From Myxococcota bacterium (GTDB taxonomy: Bacteria; Myxococcota_C; UBA6777): DNA of 57,885 nucleotides. The first letter of the stretch is position 1; each line of letters begins with the position of its first letter. The notes under the pieces are model-generated. The model saw only the letters and a list, made by a program, of their open reading frames with translations. It searched no databases and was not told the origin of the DNA. The stretch lies in the NCBI GenBank assembly GCA_023150835.1, contig JAKLKB010000026.1, forward strand, positions 1-57,885. Direction: 5' to 3'. Positions 39,331 through 50,000 of the stretch are shown piece after piece. Made by a program: the position numbers and the translations under genes.

Positions 39331-39813
39331 TTATCGGGTTTCAAGGTGCAAAATATATTCATCGCCATGAAGGGCATCTCGATCGTCACAAGAGACACGA
39401 AACGGCAATTGTACCGAATCAAGCGCACCTTCGATCAGTAAAGCCAAGACGTTTTCGGTCGGGAGTCCCATCTGGCGACGTGCAGGAAACAACACCCGAC
39501 TGATCATGCAACGCATCACAAGGATCGAAGGACGCGCATGGATATCGGTCTGCGCCAGTTCAAAAACACGGACGAGACCGAGAACACTGAAGACCTCGGC
39601 CAGTTGTTCTAGCGCAGCCATCAGATCGCGTTCGAGCGGGAGTTGGCGGGCGAGAGAGGCCCCCCACTGGCGCAAGATGGCGCGATATTGATCGATCGTC
39701 AGGACTCCTTGATCGATGCTTTCCATCAGGCTGCGAAGAAAAGAGAAGAAAACCTCGTTGCCGCCGGCATAAGCAAGTCGTTGTGATTGGGAGGGTTGTT
39801 GCGAAACGCTCAT
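39331..39813 (-). CDS. Hypothetical protein, V4R/MetOD1/BcsD-like fold suspected
   Basis: ATGA overlap with the upstream gene. Pattern FLRSL.E..D....ILRQWGASLA..L..L..LG....ILVMRC..LIEGAL. Confidence 0.55.
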   Translation of the reverse strand: MSVSQQPSQSQRLAYAGGNEVFFSFLRSLMESIDQGVLTIDQYRAILRQWGASLARQLPLERDLMAALEQLAEVFSVLGLVRVFELAQTDIHARPSILVMRCMISRVLFPARRQMGLPTENVLALLIEGALDSVQLPFRVSCDDRDALHGDEYILHLETR

Positions 39814-41363
39814 GGCGAATCCTTCGGTGGAGAGTGTGGAGTGGGGACACAAACGCGTTGAGGTTGTTTGTTTTTTCGATGGAGTGGGACTTCGATGCAC
39901 GTTGTTCCGACACGACAGCCCTGTTTGGGGAAAAGCCGAAAGTCGCACTGCGTCATACACAACCCCCCTTTGGTGATCGGCAAGGGATCAACGTAAGGAG
40001 CCAAAGCCTCGGCACGGATACAAGAAGACGGCGCGTGCCAAGGATTCGTCGAGCGCGGACACCACGCCAAGCAATAACGAGTGCAGTATCCGCCTTTTGG
40101 AACAGGCAAGCACATCGGTTTGGTGTAGCCACAAGACTGTTGCGAAGTGCAAAGTCCTCCGATCCAACCTTGGTTGACCATCTGACTGCGCAAAAGATGG
40201 GCAGCGTCGACAGGTGAAGGCTTCGGAGAGGCTGGAGGCTTCGGAGGCGTCGGAGGATTCGAGGTGGGACGATCCGAAGTAGGCGGTTGCACAACAGAAG
40301 AGGCGACATCGGTCAGCGGCTTTTTTTCGGGCGGCGTCGTGTTGGGCTTTTGTGCGACGGTGGCAGACGCATGAAGTGGTCGTGCTGACGTTGCTTCGGG
40401 CCCTATCGTGGATGGCTTTTGGGTCGAAGAAGCATCGGAGGGGCGAAGCGCGCTGGGTCGCGGTGGTTCGGGCGGTTTCGTTCCAAGAGAAAGACGAGAA
40501 AGAGGCGGATGTTTCGATGTTGTCGAAGAAAAAGGAATCGGAAAAGGAGAGGCGAAACGCCACCAGATCGCCGCAGTAAGCAAGAAGACGATGAAAAGGC
40601 CCATATAGCGGGTCTTTTTACGAGCTTTGACGGCTTGATCTTGGAACAGTCCAGTTTGCGGCCCCGAAAAACGCGCCACCGAAACAGAAGGCGCGGGATT
40701 TGGCGGGAAAACATCGTTGCGTGGAGTTGTGGCAGATCTCGGATCTGCCGAAGGAGTTGTCGTCACGGCGACGGATACAGGTGCGGTGGTCGACGCGGGC
40801 GCAGAAGCGACAGAAGCCGCACGAGCGGAAGATGGGGCGGGAAGGAGAAGGTGGCGCTGTTCAGGCAAAGAGGGCAGGTCGACAAAGCGCCGTCGTTTGG
40901 GCGAAAAAGCGGCAGGAGGTAAAAAAGCGGGAGTGTGCGGGACTTGCGGGATCAAGGCCGAATACGAAACGACCGCATCTTCGAGGGAACGGAGTTGGCT
41001 TTCAAAGGGGGCATCTGGGGCAAGGATCACTTCGCGTTCGACGGGAGCAACGTGCGCAAGCAGCTTTTTGGGGCAATTGTCCTTGCATCCAGCCACGCTG
41101 ACGCGGGCTTGTGCGCACTCGTAGCGATGTTGGGTCCCGGGGCCTTTGTGAAAGATCAAGGGCGGGATGGAATAAATGCACGCAAGATGTGGTGATTGTC
41201 GTTGCGCGAGGGCTTGCACGATCCGCCCGATTTGTGGGTTTTTGTCGCAACCATCGCAAGGAACGATCGCGACTTCTTCGGTGGTGGTAGGGGGAATCGC
41301 CAGAAGCGACCAGCGGCTGCGCGAAGACTCTGGTGTGGACATGGAATGCCTTTCTTGGGCCAA
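39810..41363 (-). CDS. Membrane protein: DGC-like N-terminus, Pro-rich linkers, one TM, Cys-rich C-terminal domain
   Basis: IVPCDGC..GRI..VAGCKDNCPKK, the TM YMGLFIVFLLTAAIWW, and WIGGLC..C..C..GGYCTRYC..CP. Confidence 0.78.
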   Translation of the reverse strand: MAQERHSMSTPESSRSRWSLLAIPPTTTEEVAIVPCDGCDKNPQIGRIVQALAQRQSPHLACIYSIPPLIFHKGPGTQHRYECAQARVSVAGCKDNCPKKLLAHVAPVEREVILAPDAPFESQLRSLEDAVVSYSALIPQVPHTPAFLPPAAFSPKRRRFVDLPSLPEQRHLLLPAPSSARAASVASAPASTTAPVSVAVTTTPSADPRSATTPRNDVFPPNPAPSVSVARFSGPQTGLFQDQAVKARKKTRYMGLFIVFLLTAAIWWRFASPFPIPFSSTTSKHPPLSRLSLGTKPPEPPRPSALRPSDASSTQKPSTIGPEATSARPLHASATVAQKPNTTPPEKKPLTDVASSVVQPPTSDRPTSNPPTPPKPPASPKPSPVDAAHLLRSQMVNQGWIGGLCTSQQSCGYTKPMCLPVPKGGYCTRYCLAWCPRSTNPWHAPSSCIRAEALAPYVDPLPITKGGLCMTQCDFRLFPKQGCRVGTTCIEVPLHRKNKQPQRVCVPTPHSPPKDSP

Positions 41364-41369
41364 CCCGCC

Positions 41370-43316
41370 TTACCCTTTTTCAGGGGGAGGATAAAAGGAT
41401 TGTAGTTGCGCGAGAAGCTTGAGATCGAGTTGCCGTTGCATACTTCGCTGTAGCGGGCCTTTGTGCGCACGTACAAAAAAATGAGCATTGTGCCAACCAA
41501 GGAGAGTTTCGAGAGCTTCTTCTCCACACGTCGAGCCGAGGCGAACATCCAAGATATCCTCGCCTTGGCTATAAAGCATGGCTTGGAGCGAGTCGTCTGT
41601 TTTCAAAAAATGCGTACAAAAGATGCCGTCATGTTCGCTTAAAGTGCGCAATAATTGAGAAAGATGGATATGGCGAAGCTCTCCCTGTAACAGCGTTTCT
41701 TCTGGAGAGATTCCAAGATAATTCGCGGAAGAAGACATACTTCGTTCTAGTCGAATATTTTCCCCTTCGAGCTGCGAATTCTTCAGTTGCAATTCTTCGA
41801 TGATCTGTGTGGCATGGAGATTTGCGTCCGCAAGCGCGCTCAATCGGTCGCGTAATTCGGCTTCTTTGACGCTGCTATGTTCTACGTTGCGTTGCAAAAG
41901 TTGCAGGCGTTGGATGGTCGCAGAGCTTTGTTCGAGCACTCGCAAGCGCTCGTGGATATCGGAGAGGGAAGGACGCCCGAGATGGACAGTGCTGATCCCA
42001 CACAGTTCGATCGCCATGCGCAAGAGTTCAGGCTGGGCCTCTGCGAGAACAAGCACTTTGTGGACATCGTGAAAATCTTTGAGGGCTTGGAGAAAGGGAT
42101 GTTCGAGGGCGACATGAAGGCCACCAAAGATCACACCGGCGGGGACGCGTTGTTGGGAGAGGAGTGCGCGGAGCGCTTGATGGATCTGGTCGTTGTTTTC
42201 GAGCAGTTGGATCTGATAGCTTTTTTGGTTTGACCAAGGATCGACAAGGCGGCGGATCAAGGATTCGTCGAAAAGAGCATCATTGGCGAGGAGATAAACG
42301 ATGGGGCGGCGTTGGGCTTGGAGCAAAGGTGAGCTTTGTGTGAAGGAACGAGCGAAGATGCCCGAAGATTGGGCAGATGAAGCGTTGGAGGCGGGTTGGT
42401 TGGGCTGGGCGACAAATTGGCGAACACAATCTGCGGTGATGCGTCGAAGTTTCTCTTGGGTTTGAGGAAGGATGCAAGCTTCTAAGGCATCGAAAAAAGC
42501 GCGTGCGTGGGGGTAACGTTTCGTGGGTTCGGGAGAAAGAGCACGTTGAACGATCGCGGCGAGAACAGGGTCGATCTGTGGAATGACTTCTTGGATGGGT
42601 GCAAAGTTCGGATCCATCGCAGACTGTAAAGCACGCCATGAATGCTCGCGAGCAAAAAGAGTTTGTCCCGTTAAACCTTCATAAAGTAATATGCCTAAAG
42701 TATAAAGATCAGAGCGATGATCGACGACTTCCCCACGCGCTTGTTCGGGGGAAAGATAGCCAAACTTACCTTTGATCGTGCCGGGTTGAGTCTGATGAAG
42801 CTGATCGCGGAATCGTGCAAGCCCAAAATCCGCCAACTTCACATGGCCTTCTCGGGAGAGCAGGAGATTGTCTGGGCTGATATCGCGATGCACAAGGTTC
42901 ATGGGTTCGCCATGTTCGTCTTTCAGGTGGTGCGCGTAATCAAGAGCCAACAAAGTCTGCATCACGATATAGATCACCACTTCGGGCGGGATCCCGTAAC
43001 GCGCTCGAATCAACGAAGACACCGTACACCCATCCACATACTCCATAACGATGGCGTACTCTTGCTCAAGGCGCTCAAATGACCAAAAAGACACGATGTT
43101 CGGGTGATTGAGATAAATCGAGAGGCGAGCTTCGTTCATCAAACTGTTCATGAGTTCCGAAGATTGCGACCATTGCGCGGGAAGCTTTTTCAACACCACT
43201 TGCTTTTGAAAGCCTTCGACACCTTCGTAAGCCGCAAGGTACGTCACCCCCATCCCCCCTGCACCAAGCAACGCCTTGAGAGAATAAGAGGAAGACGTTT
43301 TTTCGGTGTTTTTCAT
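41370..43316 (-). CDS. Ser/Thr kinase plus degenerate receiver domain, coiled coil and DUF4388/PATAN-like domain
   Basis: [22 protein letters not shown] and GKFGYLSPEQ motifs. The C-terminus reads LQGELRHIHLSQLL..GEEALETLLGW. Confidence 0.9.
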   Translation of the reverse strand: MKNTEKTSSSYSLKALLGAGGMGVTYLAAYEGVEGFQKQVVLKKLPAQWSQSSELMNSLMNEARLSIYLNHPNIVSFWSFERLEQEYAIVMEYVDGCTVSSLIRARYGIPPEVVIYIVMQTLLALDYAHHLKDEHGEPMNLVHRDISPDNLLLSREGHVKLADFGLARFRDQLHQTQPGTIKGKFGYLSPEQARGEVVDHRSDLYTLGILLYEGLTGQTLFAREHSWRALQSAMDPNFAPIQEVIPQIDPVLAAIVQRALSPEPTKRYPHARAFFDALEACILPQTQEKLRRITADCVRQFVAQPNQPASNASSAQSSGIFARSFTQSSPLLQAQRRPIVYLLANDALFDESLIRRLVDPWSNQKSYQIQLLENNDQIHQALRALLSQQRVPAGVIFGGLHVALEHPFLQALKDFHDVHKVLVLAEAQPELLRMAIELCGISTVHLGRPSLSDIHERLRVLEQSSATIQRLQLLQRNVEHSSVKEAELRDRLSALADANLHATQIIEELQLKNSQLEGENIRLERSMSSSANYLGISPEETLLQGELRHIHLSQLLRTLSEHDGIFCTHFLKTDDSLQAMLYSQGEDILDVRLGSTCGEEALETLLGWHNAHFFVRAHKGPLQRSMQRQLDLKLLAQLQSFYPPPEKG

Positions 43317-43603
43317 CGCAAAACTCCATCAACAGGTTGTGAGTCAAGGAAAAAGGCTTGTCTCCAAACGCCTGTTTGACCGTAATCATCATAGAACTTA
43401 CGCAGTTGGAGGGTTGATGTAGAGTTCCACCCCGCACCTGTCTGCTTTACAGGTGTTGTCGAAACGACACAAGAACCCCTCAAAGAAAAACACGCTCGTT
43501 CAAGAACACAGACCCGCAAGACAGAGGCAAAGCAACGTCCTCGCCTCGAAAAAGCCATCGAGAAAAGCGTAACTCCTGCATAAAAACGGGGATGACGAAA
43601 CCG

Positions 43604-44791
43604 TCATCGATAAGGGAACGGCGAAACGCCGACAAAAAGCGTGTGAGTATAAAGCAATGCGACGTACACCACGAGGGCGGCAGAAAGGCGGAGAAGAGAA
43701 ACATCCTTTCGTGTGAGGCGCGTTCGCCCTTGAATGACCGCCAAGAAAGGAAGGGCGGAAGTTTGTTGCGCAAAGGCTTGCCATGCCTCGCCCTGCGTTG
43801 CGCGGCGGCGAGCATCGATGTGCGCCATGCCGACGAGGGCAAGAAACGTCACACTTCCAAAAAGGATGACACTCGCGAGATCGCCGTTGGTGGGGATATG
43901 CAACATCCCCCAAAGCGCAAACGACCAAAGAGACGGATGGCGCGTGATCTTGAGGATACCTTGGACGGCGTCTTGTGCAGAGAGTCGATTTTCTTGTCCG
44001 GCAGTCGTGGGACTTGGGGTACTGACGCCCAACACAAACAACACACACACCACAGGCATCCCCAAAAGCGGCAGATAACGCGTCCATGCAGGTGCCACCC
44101 AAAGCTCGACATACGGCGCAGAAGACCAGCCCCACGACATCCACAGCATCGCAGTCAAGGCGATGATCGAATACAAGCCTTGAAAAGCGCCGTTTCCAAG
44201 GCGGTCGCTCAAGCGGCGGCGAACAGCCAAGCTAGAAAGCCCGAGATGACCGAAGACAAAGAGCAGCGCACCGAGGATCACATGCCAAAGGCTTACTGTC
44301 CCCTTAGTTCGGGCTTCTTGGAGCTTTTGAGGTTCGGAAAGATCGCGTAAGACAGCGAGGATCGCTTCTTCTTCTTGTGCGGCCAGCCGATACGCGGGCA
44401 TCACAGGAGCATACCCTTCGCGGATCTCGGATTGCGGTTCACGCAGCGCACGCAACAAAGCCTCGCGATCGGCGATCGCATGGAGGCGTTTTCCGCCGCG
44501 CTGGATGGCGCGAGGCTTGTTCCATAGCCCCGCCAATCCCGGCCCGATATGGCGATCGAGATCAAGGCGATGGCAGCCAGTACAACCTTGTTGAACCAAG
44601 ACCTTGCGGCCCAGTACAAGGTGTTCTTTGCGGCGGATCGAAGAGGCGAGGTCAGATCGCGTAGGTTGTTTTTGCGCGGATTGCGCGGGCGGTTTTTGCG
44701 TGGATTGTGCAAGAGCCTCGGCCCATCCACCTCCGATGAAACCCACCCACCCACCCACCAAGACAAGATACCTCATGCCAAGATTTCGCAT
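43604..44791 (-). CDS. Cytochrome c-NnrU fusion protein
   Basis: Signal peptide, heme motif CTGCH, GPGLAGL and GY..VMP (Met ligand), then NnrU-like GLYSIIAL, ITRHP, HIPTNGD, HIDARR and TSALPF. Confidence 0.85.
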   Translation of the reverse strand: MRNLGMRYLVLVGGWVGFIGGGWAEALAQSTQKPPAQSAQKQPTRSDLASSIRRKEHLVLGRKVLVQQGCTGCHRLDLDRHIGPGLAGLWNKPRAIQRGGKRLHAIADREALLRALREPQSEIREGYAPVMPAYRLAAQEEEAILAVLRDLSEPQKLQEARTKGTVSLWHVILGALLFVFGHLGLSSLAVRRRLSDRLGNGAFQGLYSIIALTAMLWMSWGWSSAPYVELWVAPAWTRYLPLLGMPVVCVLFVLGVSTPSPTTAGQENRLSAQDAVQGILKITRHPSLWSFALWGMLHIPTNGDLASVILFGSVTFLALVGMAHIDARRRATQGEAWQAFAQQTSALPFLAVIQGRTRLTRKDVSLLRLSAALVVYVALLYTHTLFVGVSPFPYR

Positions 44792-44872
44792 CGTGAACTC
44801 CCAAACCTTTCGCAGGACTTCGTCTCAACAAACACCAACAAGCAAAGCTCGATATCCGTCCCAACGCAAGGG

Positions 44873-46918
44873 CTAAAAGGAATCTCCCTCGGGGAGACTC
44901 CATTCTGTCGAAGAAGAAGTGCGATGCGCCTCGTCCATGCGGCGCAAAAGATCCAACAAAAGCTGATCCGTGCGTTTGTGGATCGTCGTTTCAACCCCCG
45001 CAGGAAGGGCTTGTAGCATAAAATGCGCGTCTGACCAACGGAGCAAAAGCTCGATCACAGGCTCTCCACGCAACACCCCATAACAAGCATCCACCACTTC
45101 GCCTTTTTCAAAAAACAGGGATGCTTGATGAGGATCTTCTTTGCGGATCAAGGAGACGCACGCGCTTTTTCGGCTCAAGTTGAGCAACTGGAAGATATCA
45201 GTCAGCGACATCTCACGAAGTTCACCACGCATAAAACAGCCCGAACGATGGGCTTGCATCTCTTCGGTAAGCAAAGTGCGCGAGATGCGTTCGAGAAAAT
45301 GATCTTTGGCTTCAAGTTCTTTGTTTTTGGCATTAAGTTCTTCAAGAAGTTGAACTGCTCGGATATTGGCCGCAGCGAGCGCGTCGACCCGCGAACGCAT
45401 CTCGATCTCGATTTGGCTGCTGCTTTCCAGACGTTTTTGAAGCATATGCAAACGATCGGAGCTTTGGTGCGTGTTCAAAAAAGAGTGGAGGTGTTCCTGA
45501 ATCCCATCCAGCGTCAAGGGAGCCTGCAACGTGGCCGTCACGCCGCAAAGTTCGACGGCCAATTCGACGATCTCAGGTTGGGGTTGATCGAGAACCAACA
45601 GCTTCGCGATATGGGGATGACTTCGCAGCGCCGCAAGAAAGGGATGTTGCAAAGCCACTTGCAAACCAGCAAACAAGACACCGTCCGGCACACGATGAAG
45701 GTTTTGAAGTGCATCTATCGCACGAGAGCTATCCGCCTTGTCTCGCAAGATCTCGAACTGATAAGCCTTGCGCCCTTGCCATGGGTTGGCGATTTGATTG
45801 CAGAGGCTTTCGGGAAAAAAAGAGTCATTGTGCAAGAGATAGATCAGCGGCTTTTGATGATGTTCAGAAAGAATAGCATGATGCGTTTGTGAAGTTTGTC
45901 GCATAGAATTCACAGAAGGATCCGATTGAACCAAAACAACCTTTTTCTTGTTTTGTAGTGTACTTAACCAACCAGAAGAAGTTTTTTTATGCTCTTCAAA
46001 TCTCTTTTCTGCGAGAAAAGTATGCAGTTTTTCTTCGAGAAGCCGTCGCATTTTTTCGAGGCTCCAAGGTAAAACAAAGACTTCAAGCGCATCATAAAAA
46101 GACCAAGCATTTTGGAAGCGCTGTTCAGGATCGGATTGAAGGGATTTGTGAACGATATCGATCAAGGACGGGTGAAGTTGGGGGGCCGCTTCGTGGAGAG
46201 GTGGGATGGCACCTTTTGCAGAGAGTTGAAGCATCTGGAGCGGGTGTTCTGCTTGGTAAAGACGGCACCCCGTCAAGCCTTCGTACAACAAGATGCCCAC
46301 AGCGTAGAGATCCGCACGCTGGTCGAGTCTTTGGCCGCGTGCTTGCTCGGGGGACATATAGCCGTATTTGCCTTTGATGGTTCCGGGCTGAGTTTTATCG
46401 AGTTGATTGCGGATCTTGGCAAGACCAAAGTCGGTCAGTTTGGCAAAGCCATTGTGGGCCAAGAGCACGTTGTCTGGGCTGATATCTCGGTGGACGAGAT
46501 GCAGGGGGCGTCCGTTTGCGTCTGTTCGTTTGTGAGTGTAATCAAGGGCCAGCAAAAGCTGCATCACAACGCACAAAACAATCTCTGGTTCGAGCCGTTC
46601 GGTATTTTGCATCCAAAAAGACAGAGGGCAACCATCGATATACTCCATCACAAGGGAGTATTCATTTTCTTCGTGGAGCAAGTCGTAGATGGAAACGATG
46701 TGCGGATGATCGAGCATCACCGCCAGCCGAGCCTCCGAGATCAGGGCATCGACCATCATCGGATCATGCGTCAGGTTGGGATGCAAGCGTTTCACGACCA
46801 CTTGTTTTTCAAACCCCTCGCTCCCTTCGTACGCAGCGAGGTAAGTGACACCCATGCCACCCGCCCCCAACAATCTCTTGAGTTGATAACGCTTCGCGGA
46901 TCGCAGAGCAGACACCAT
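44873..46918 (-). CDS. Ser/Thr kinase plus degenerate receiver domain, coiled coil and DUF4388/PATAN domain (paralogue of 41370..43316)
   Basis: [17 protein letters not shown] and [10 protein letters not shown] motifs, then [39 protein letters not shown] at 46918 after GGAG. Confidence 0.92.
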   Translation of the reverse strand: MVSALRSAKRYQLKRLLGAGGMGVTYLAAYEGSEGFEKQVVVKRLHPNLTHDPMMVDALISEARLAVMLDHPHIVSIYDLLHEENEYSLVMEYIDGCPLSFWMQNTERLEPEIVLCVVMQLLLALDYTHKRTDANGRPLHLVHRDISPDNVLLAHNGFAKLTDFGLAKIRNQLDKTQPGTIKGKYGYMSPEQARGQRLDQRADLYAVGILLYEGLTGCRLYQAEHPLQMLQLSAKGAIPPLHEAAPQLHPSLIDIVHKSLQSDPEQRFQNAWSFYDALEVFVLPWSLEKMRRLLEEKLHTFLAEKRFEEHKKTSSGWLSTLQNKKKVVLVQSDPSVNSMRQTSQTHHAILSEHHQKPLIYLLHNDSFFPESLCNQIANPWQGRKAYQFEILRDKADSSRAIDALQNLHRVPDGVLFAGLQVALQHPFLAALRSHPHIAKLLVLDQPQPEIVELAVELCGVTATLQAPLTLDGIQEHLHSFLNTHQSSDRLHMLQKRLESSSQIEIEMRSRVDALAAANIRAVQLLEELNAKNKELEAKDHFLERISRTLLTEEMQAHRSGCFMRGELREMSLTDIFQLLNLSRKSACVSLIRKEDPHQASLFFEKGEVVDACYGVLRGEPVIELLLRWSDAHFMLQALPAGVETTIHKRTDQLLLDLLRRMDEAHRTSSSTEWSLPEGDSF

Positions 46919-47044
46919 ACGATTCTTCTCCTGATTCTCTTTTAAAAACAAACTCTTGTGTCGATTTTCGACATTCATCCGCACCGTCGCGCCATGCACC
47001 GCGCCAACACACGCACAAAGATACGGCACCTTCAAAAACTTTCT

Positions 47045-50000
47045 TCACAGATGTTCGATCCAAGCCAAGCGTTGGGCGTGTTGATGGCAACGCCTCCAAT
47101 TTTCCTGCTCAAAAACCTGTCGCACGTCCGCCTTCGCCCGCTGAAGAGATTGTTTTCGTTTGGAATCAGTGGACGCAGAAGTGGAGGCATGGGGTTCATT
47201 TTGTACCCAAGAAAAAGGTTTGGCATAAAAAGATAAAAAGTCTTCTAACCCTCTCTGTTGAAGCTGATCGAACATCGCTAAGGTTCGTACAGTATGTCGG
47301 AGATCTGGGGGGAGTTGCTTGTGGATGCGCCAAAAGCCCTTGGGATCGAGCGTTCGCGTGAATTTGGGGTCAAGACTTTTTGAGGTGGGGTGAGCGCAAT
47401 CGCGCAAGATCCAATGCAGATCTTGTCGGTTAAGGCCAAACAGGGCGGAACAAGCGGCGTCTAGCGCACTATGCAAGATCTGGCGTTGTATAGGCGTGTT
47501 TGGAAAGGCAAGCAGAGGGTCGATCTCAGGGAAGTGTTGCGGGATCTCTTGCTGCCATCGCAACCAAAAAGGGGCGTGCTGCACGCCTGCGAAACACAAG
47601 CGCGCACAGATCATGCCCAACCACCCCGTGACCGGAGCGCGAAGCGCAGGGAGGCGCGTTTCTGCCATCAAAAAGGCATTGAGGTTGGTTCCAACAAGAC
47701 GATGGCGCAAAAGCCAGTCGTAGATCAAAGAACCCATCAGCGCGGTATGCGCAAGCAAGGCAGGGGTGGGAAAGTCAAGCTGTGGTGCCGCAAACAATCC
47801 GATCGAATTTCCACATGGATAGGACGAAGTCAGACAAGAAACGATCAAAGCCCGTTCGTTGGTGGCGTTGCTGAGGGCGCGAAAAGCGATTCGAGGCGCG
47901 TGTTGAGCCTTGGGCCATTCGCGATAAAGTGAGGGCGGAACAAAGAATTGGGACTGCGGTGGAGCAAGCGGATCATGGCGTACCCATCGGCTTCGATAAC
48001 CTGTGCCTCCCCAATAAGCCGCTGCGTTGTGGCTATAGTCGTACAGCATCGCGCCCTGATAGAGCGGCAAAAGGATATCTTCGCAGCGCAACGAAGACAA
48101 CGACATCACCGAGCCTCCATCCGCAGAAAGGATCTGCTCAGGATCAAGGTCGGCTTGGCGTTCGTCGAGCTGCACAGGAGAAAGCGTCTTTCGCGCAGAC
48201 ATCGAATTTTTGGACATGGCTTTCCATACACCACGCAGTCGATGACCGTACAATGTGGGTTTGAAACCTTGGGCCTCGGCTTGCTCGCAAGACAGAAAAT
48301 GCCGACTGTGCGAAGTCATATTGAATTCGCCTTGTTGATACACCAGCGGGAAGTGCGCTTGTGCTTTGGGTAACGGCTCGGTATGTTCGATGATCTTGTC
48401 GAGAAGCTCGATGTCTCGGGGATGTTGGAGTTCAAAAAAGCACAAGCTATGTGGACTCAGCGCTTGGATGCGCTTTTTGGGATAGGGCTGCGCGTGTTCT
48501 TCGGCGTGTGCCCAGTCCTCAAGGGTTCGCTGCATAAAAGCCGTTTGGACTTCCTTGGTGCGACCGCCTTTTTGCAAGATCACCGCGCAAAATTTGAAAC
48601 GCGGATCGATGGCAAACAAACTCGATCGGTTTTCAAAAGAAAACAACCACTTCCATCGGCAGCGAGAAAGAAACAATCGCCGCAGTGCATCGGCTCCTTT
48701 GTCGCTGTAAAGACTCGCAGGGACAAGCATCGCAAGATGTCCATCGCTTCGCAAAAGATGATACGCCAGTTCCAAAAACAGCTTGTATGTATAGGGCTTG
48801 CCTTCTCCTTGGTAGCGGAACGGTGTGGGTAAGGCCGCATTTGTGGGGGCTTTGCGATCGTTGTGTCGGGTTGCGCGGTCTTGGTGTTGGGCTTCGTGGC
48901 CATCGCATTGTGTTTCGTGGCCTTTGCGTTGTGTATTTCGCGACATTGGATGTTTGAGCCATCGAGCGATCTGCTTGCAATCGTCTTGTTGTTGTTTCCA
49001 CAACACAGCCAGATGCGGATCGTCAGCAAGCAAGGCACTCTGACAGACAAGTGCCTGTTGTTTGCGCAAGAGCCGAAACGATGGGGCAACAGCAGAGAAA
49101 AATTCGCGAGCGTTGGGTTGCAAGGTTTCCCAAGGCGGATTGCCCACGATCATATCAAAACCCCGTTGCGACGGGGAAAAGATTTCAGGGAACGCCAAAG
49201 GCCAATGAAAAAAGTTGTATGTTTTGGCGATCCGCTGCGATATCTCTTGCGTCATCACGGGCCAAGAAGACAACGGATGCTCAAACATCGCGGAGGTTGG
49301 GGCATGTAGGCGCTGCGCTTCGGGCCAAAACCACAAAGCGCAGCGTGCGTCTGTATACTGCCATGCCATCGAGCTTTCCGAATATTCAGGCCAAGAGCTT
49401 ACGGCAAAAGATGGATCATCCGATCCTGACAAAGCGTGTTCTGAGATCTTTCCCGTGTATCGGGAGTTCGCAAAGATATGGCTTGGCTCGCTCTCGCTTT
49501 CCAAAGAGGGCAGACTGCCCAACAACGCATCGCCACACCGCAGATGCACCGTCAGTTCGGCAAACGGCATCTGCGGATCTCCCACCGCCAACCAAAGCCC
49601 AAAACGTGCGATCTCTACAGCCAAAGGATCGCGATCCACACCATACAAACAAGAACGCACGATACAGCGGCGGATCTTGACTTGCTCTCCCTCTCCCACC
49701 GACACAATCCGATGTTCTTGCTCTCCCTCTCCCACCGATGCGAAATGGTCAGAAGGTCGGGCACTTTGCGCATCGTTTTCGTTTGGACAAGCAGCGGCAC
49801 GTTCGCAAGAAGCCTGTTGGATCGCAGAGGTGATGCAATCCAACGCCGCCAACAAAAAAACTCCCGCTCCCATCGCAGGATCACAGACTTTTATCGAAAA
49901 AGCCGTCGCACGATCTTTTTGCTCTGGATCAAGTTGCGCCCAAGCCCGCTGCACCGTCAATTCTGCAAGGCGCGGCTCCGTGTAAAAAGTACCGCCGCCC

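Noticed and set aside
35715-41363. Selenocysteine (UGA) recoding in the DsrE, TusA or DGC genes
   Set aside because: The active-site positions are ordinary Cys (or Ser) codons inside uninterrupted ORFs. The TGA stops fall at natural domain ends.
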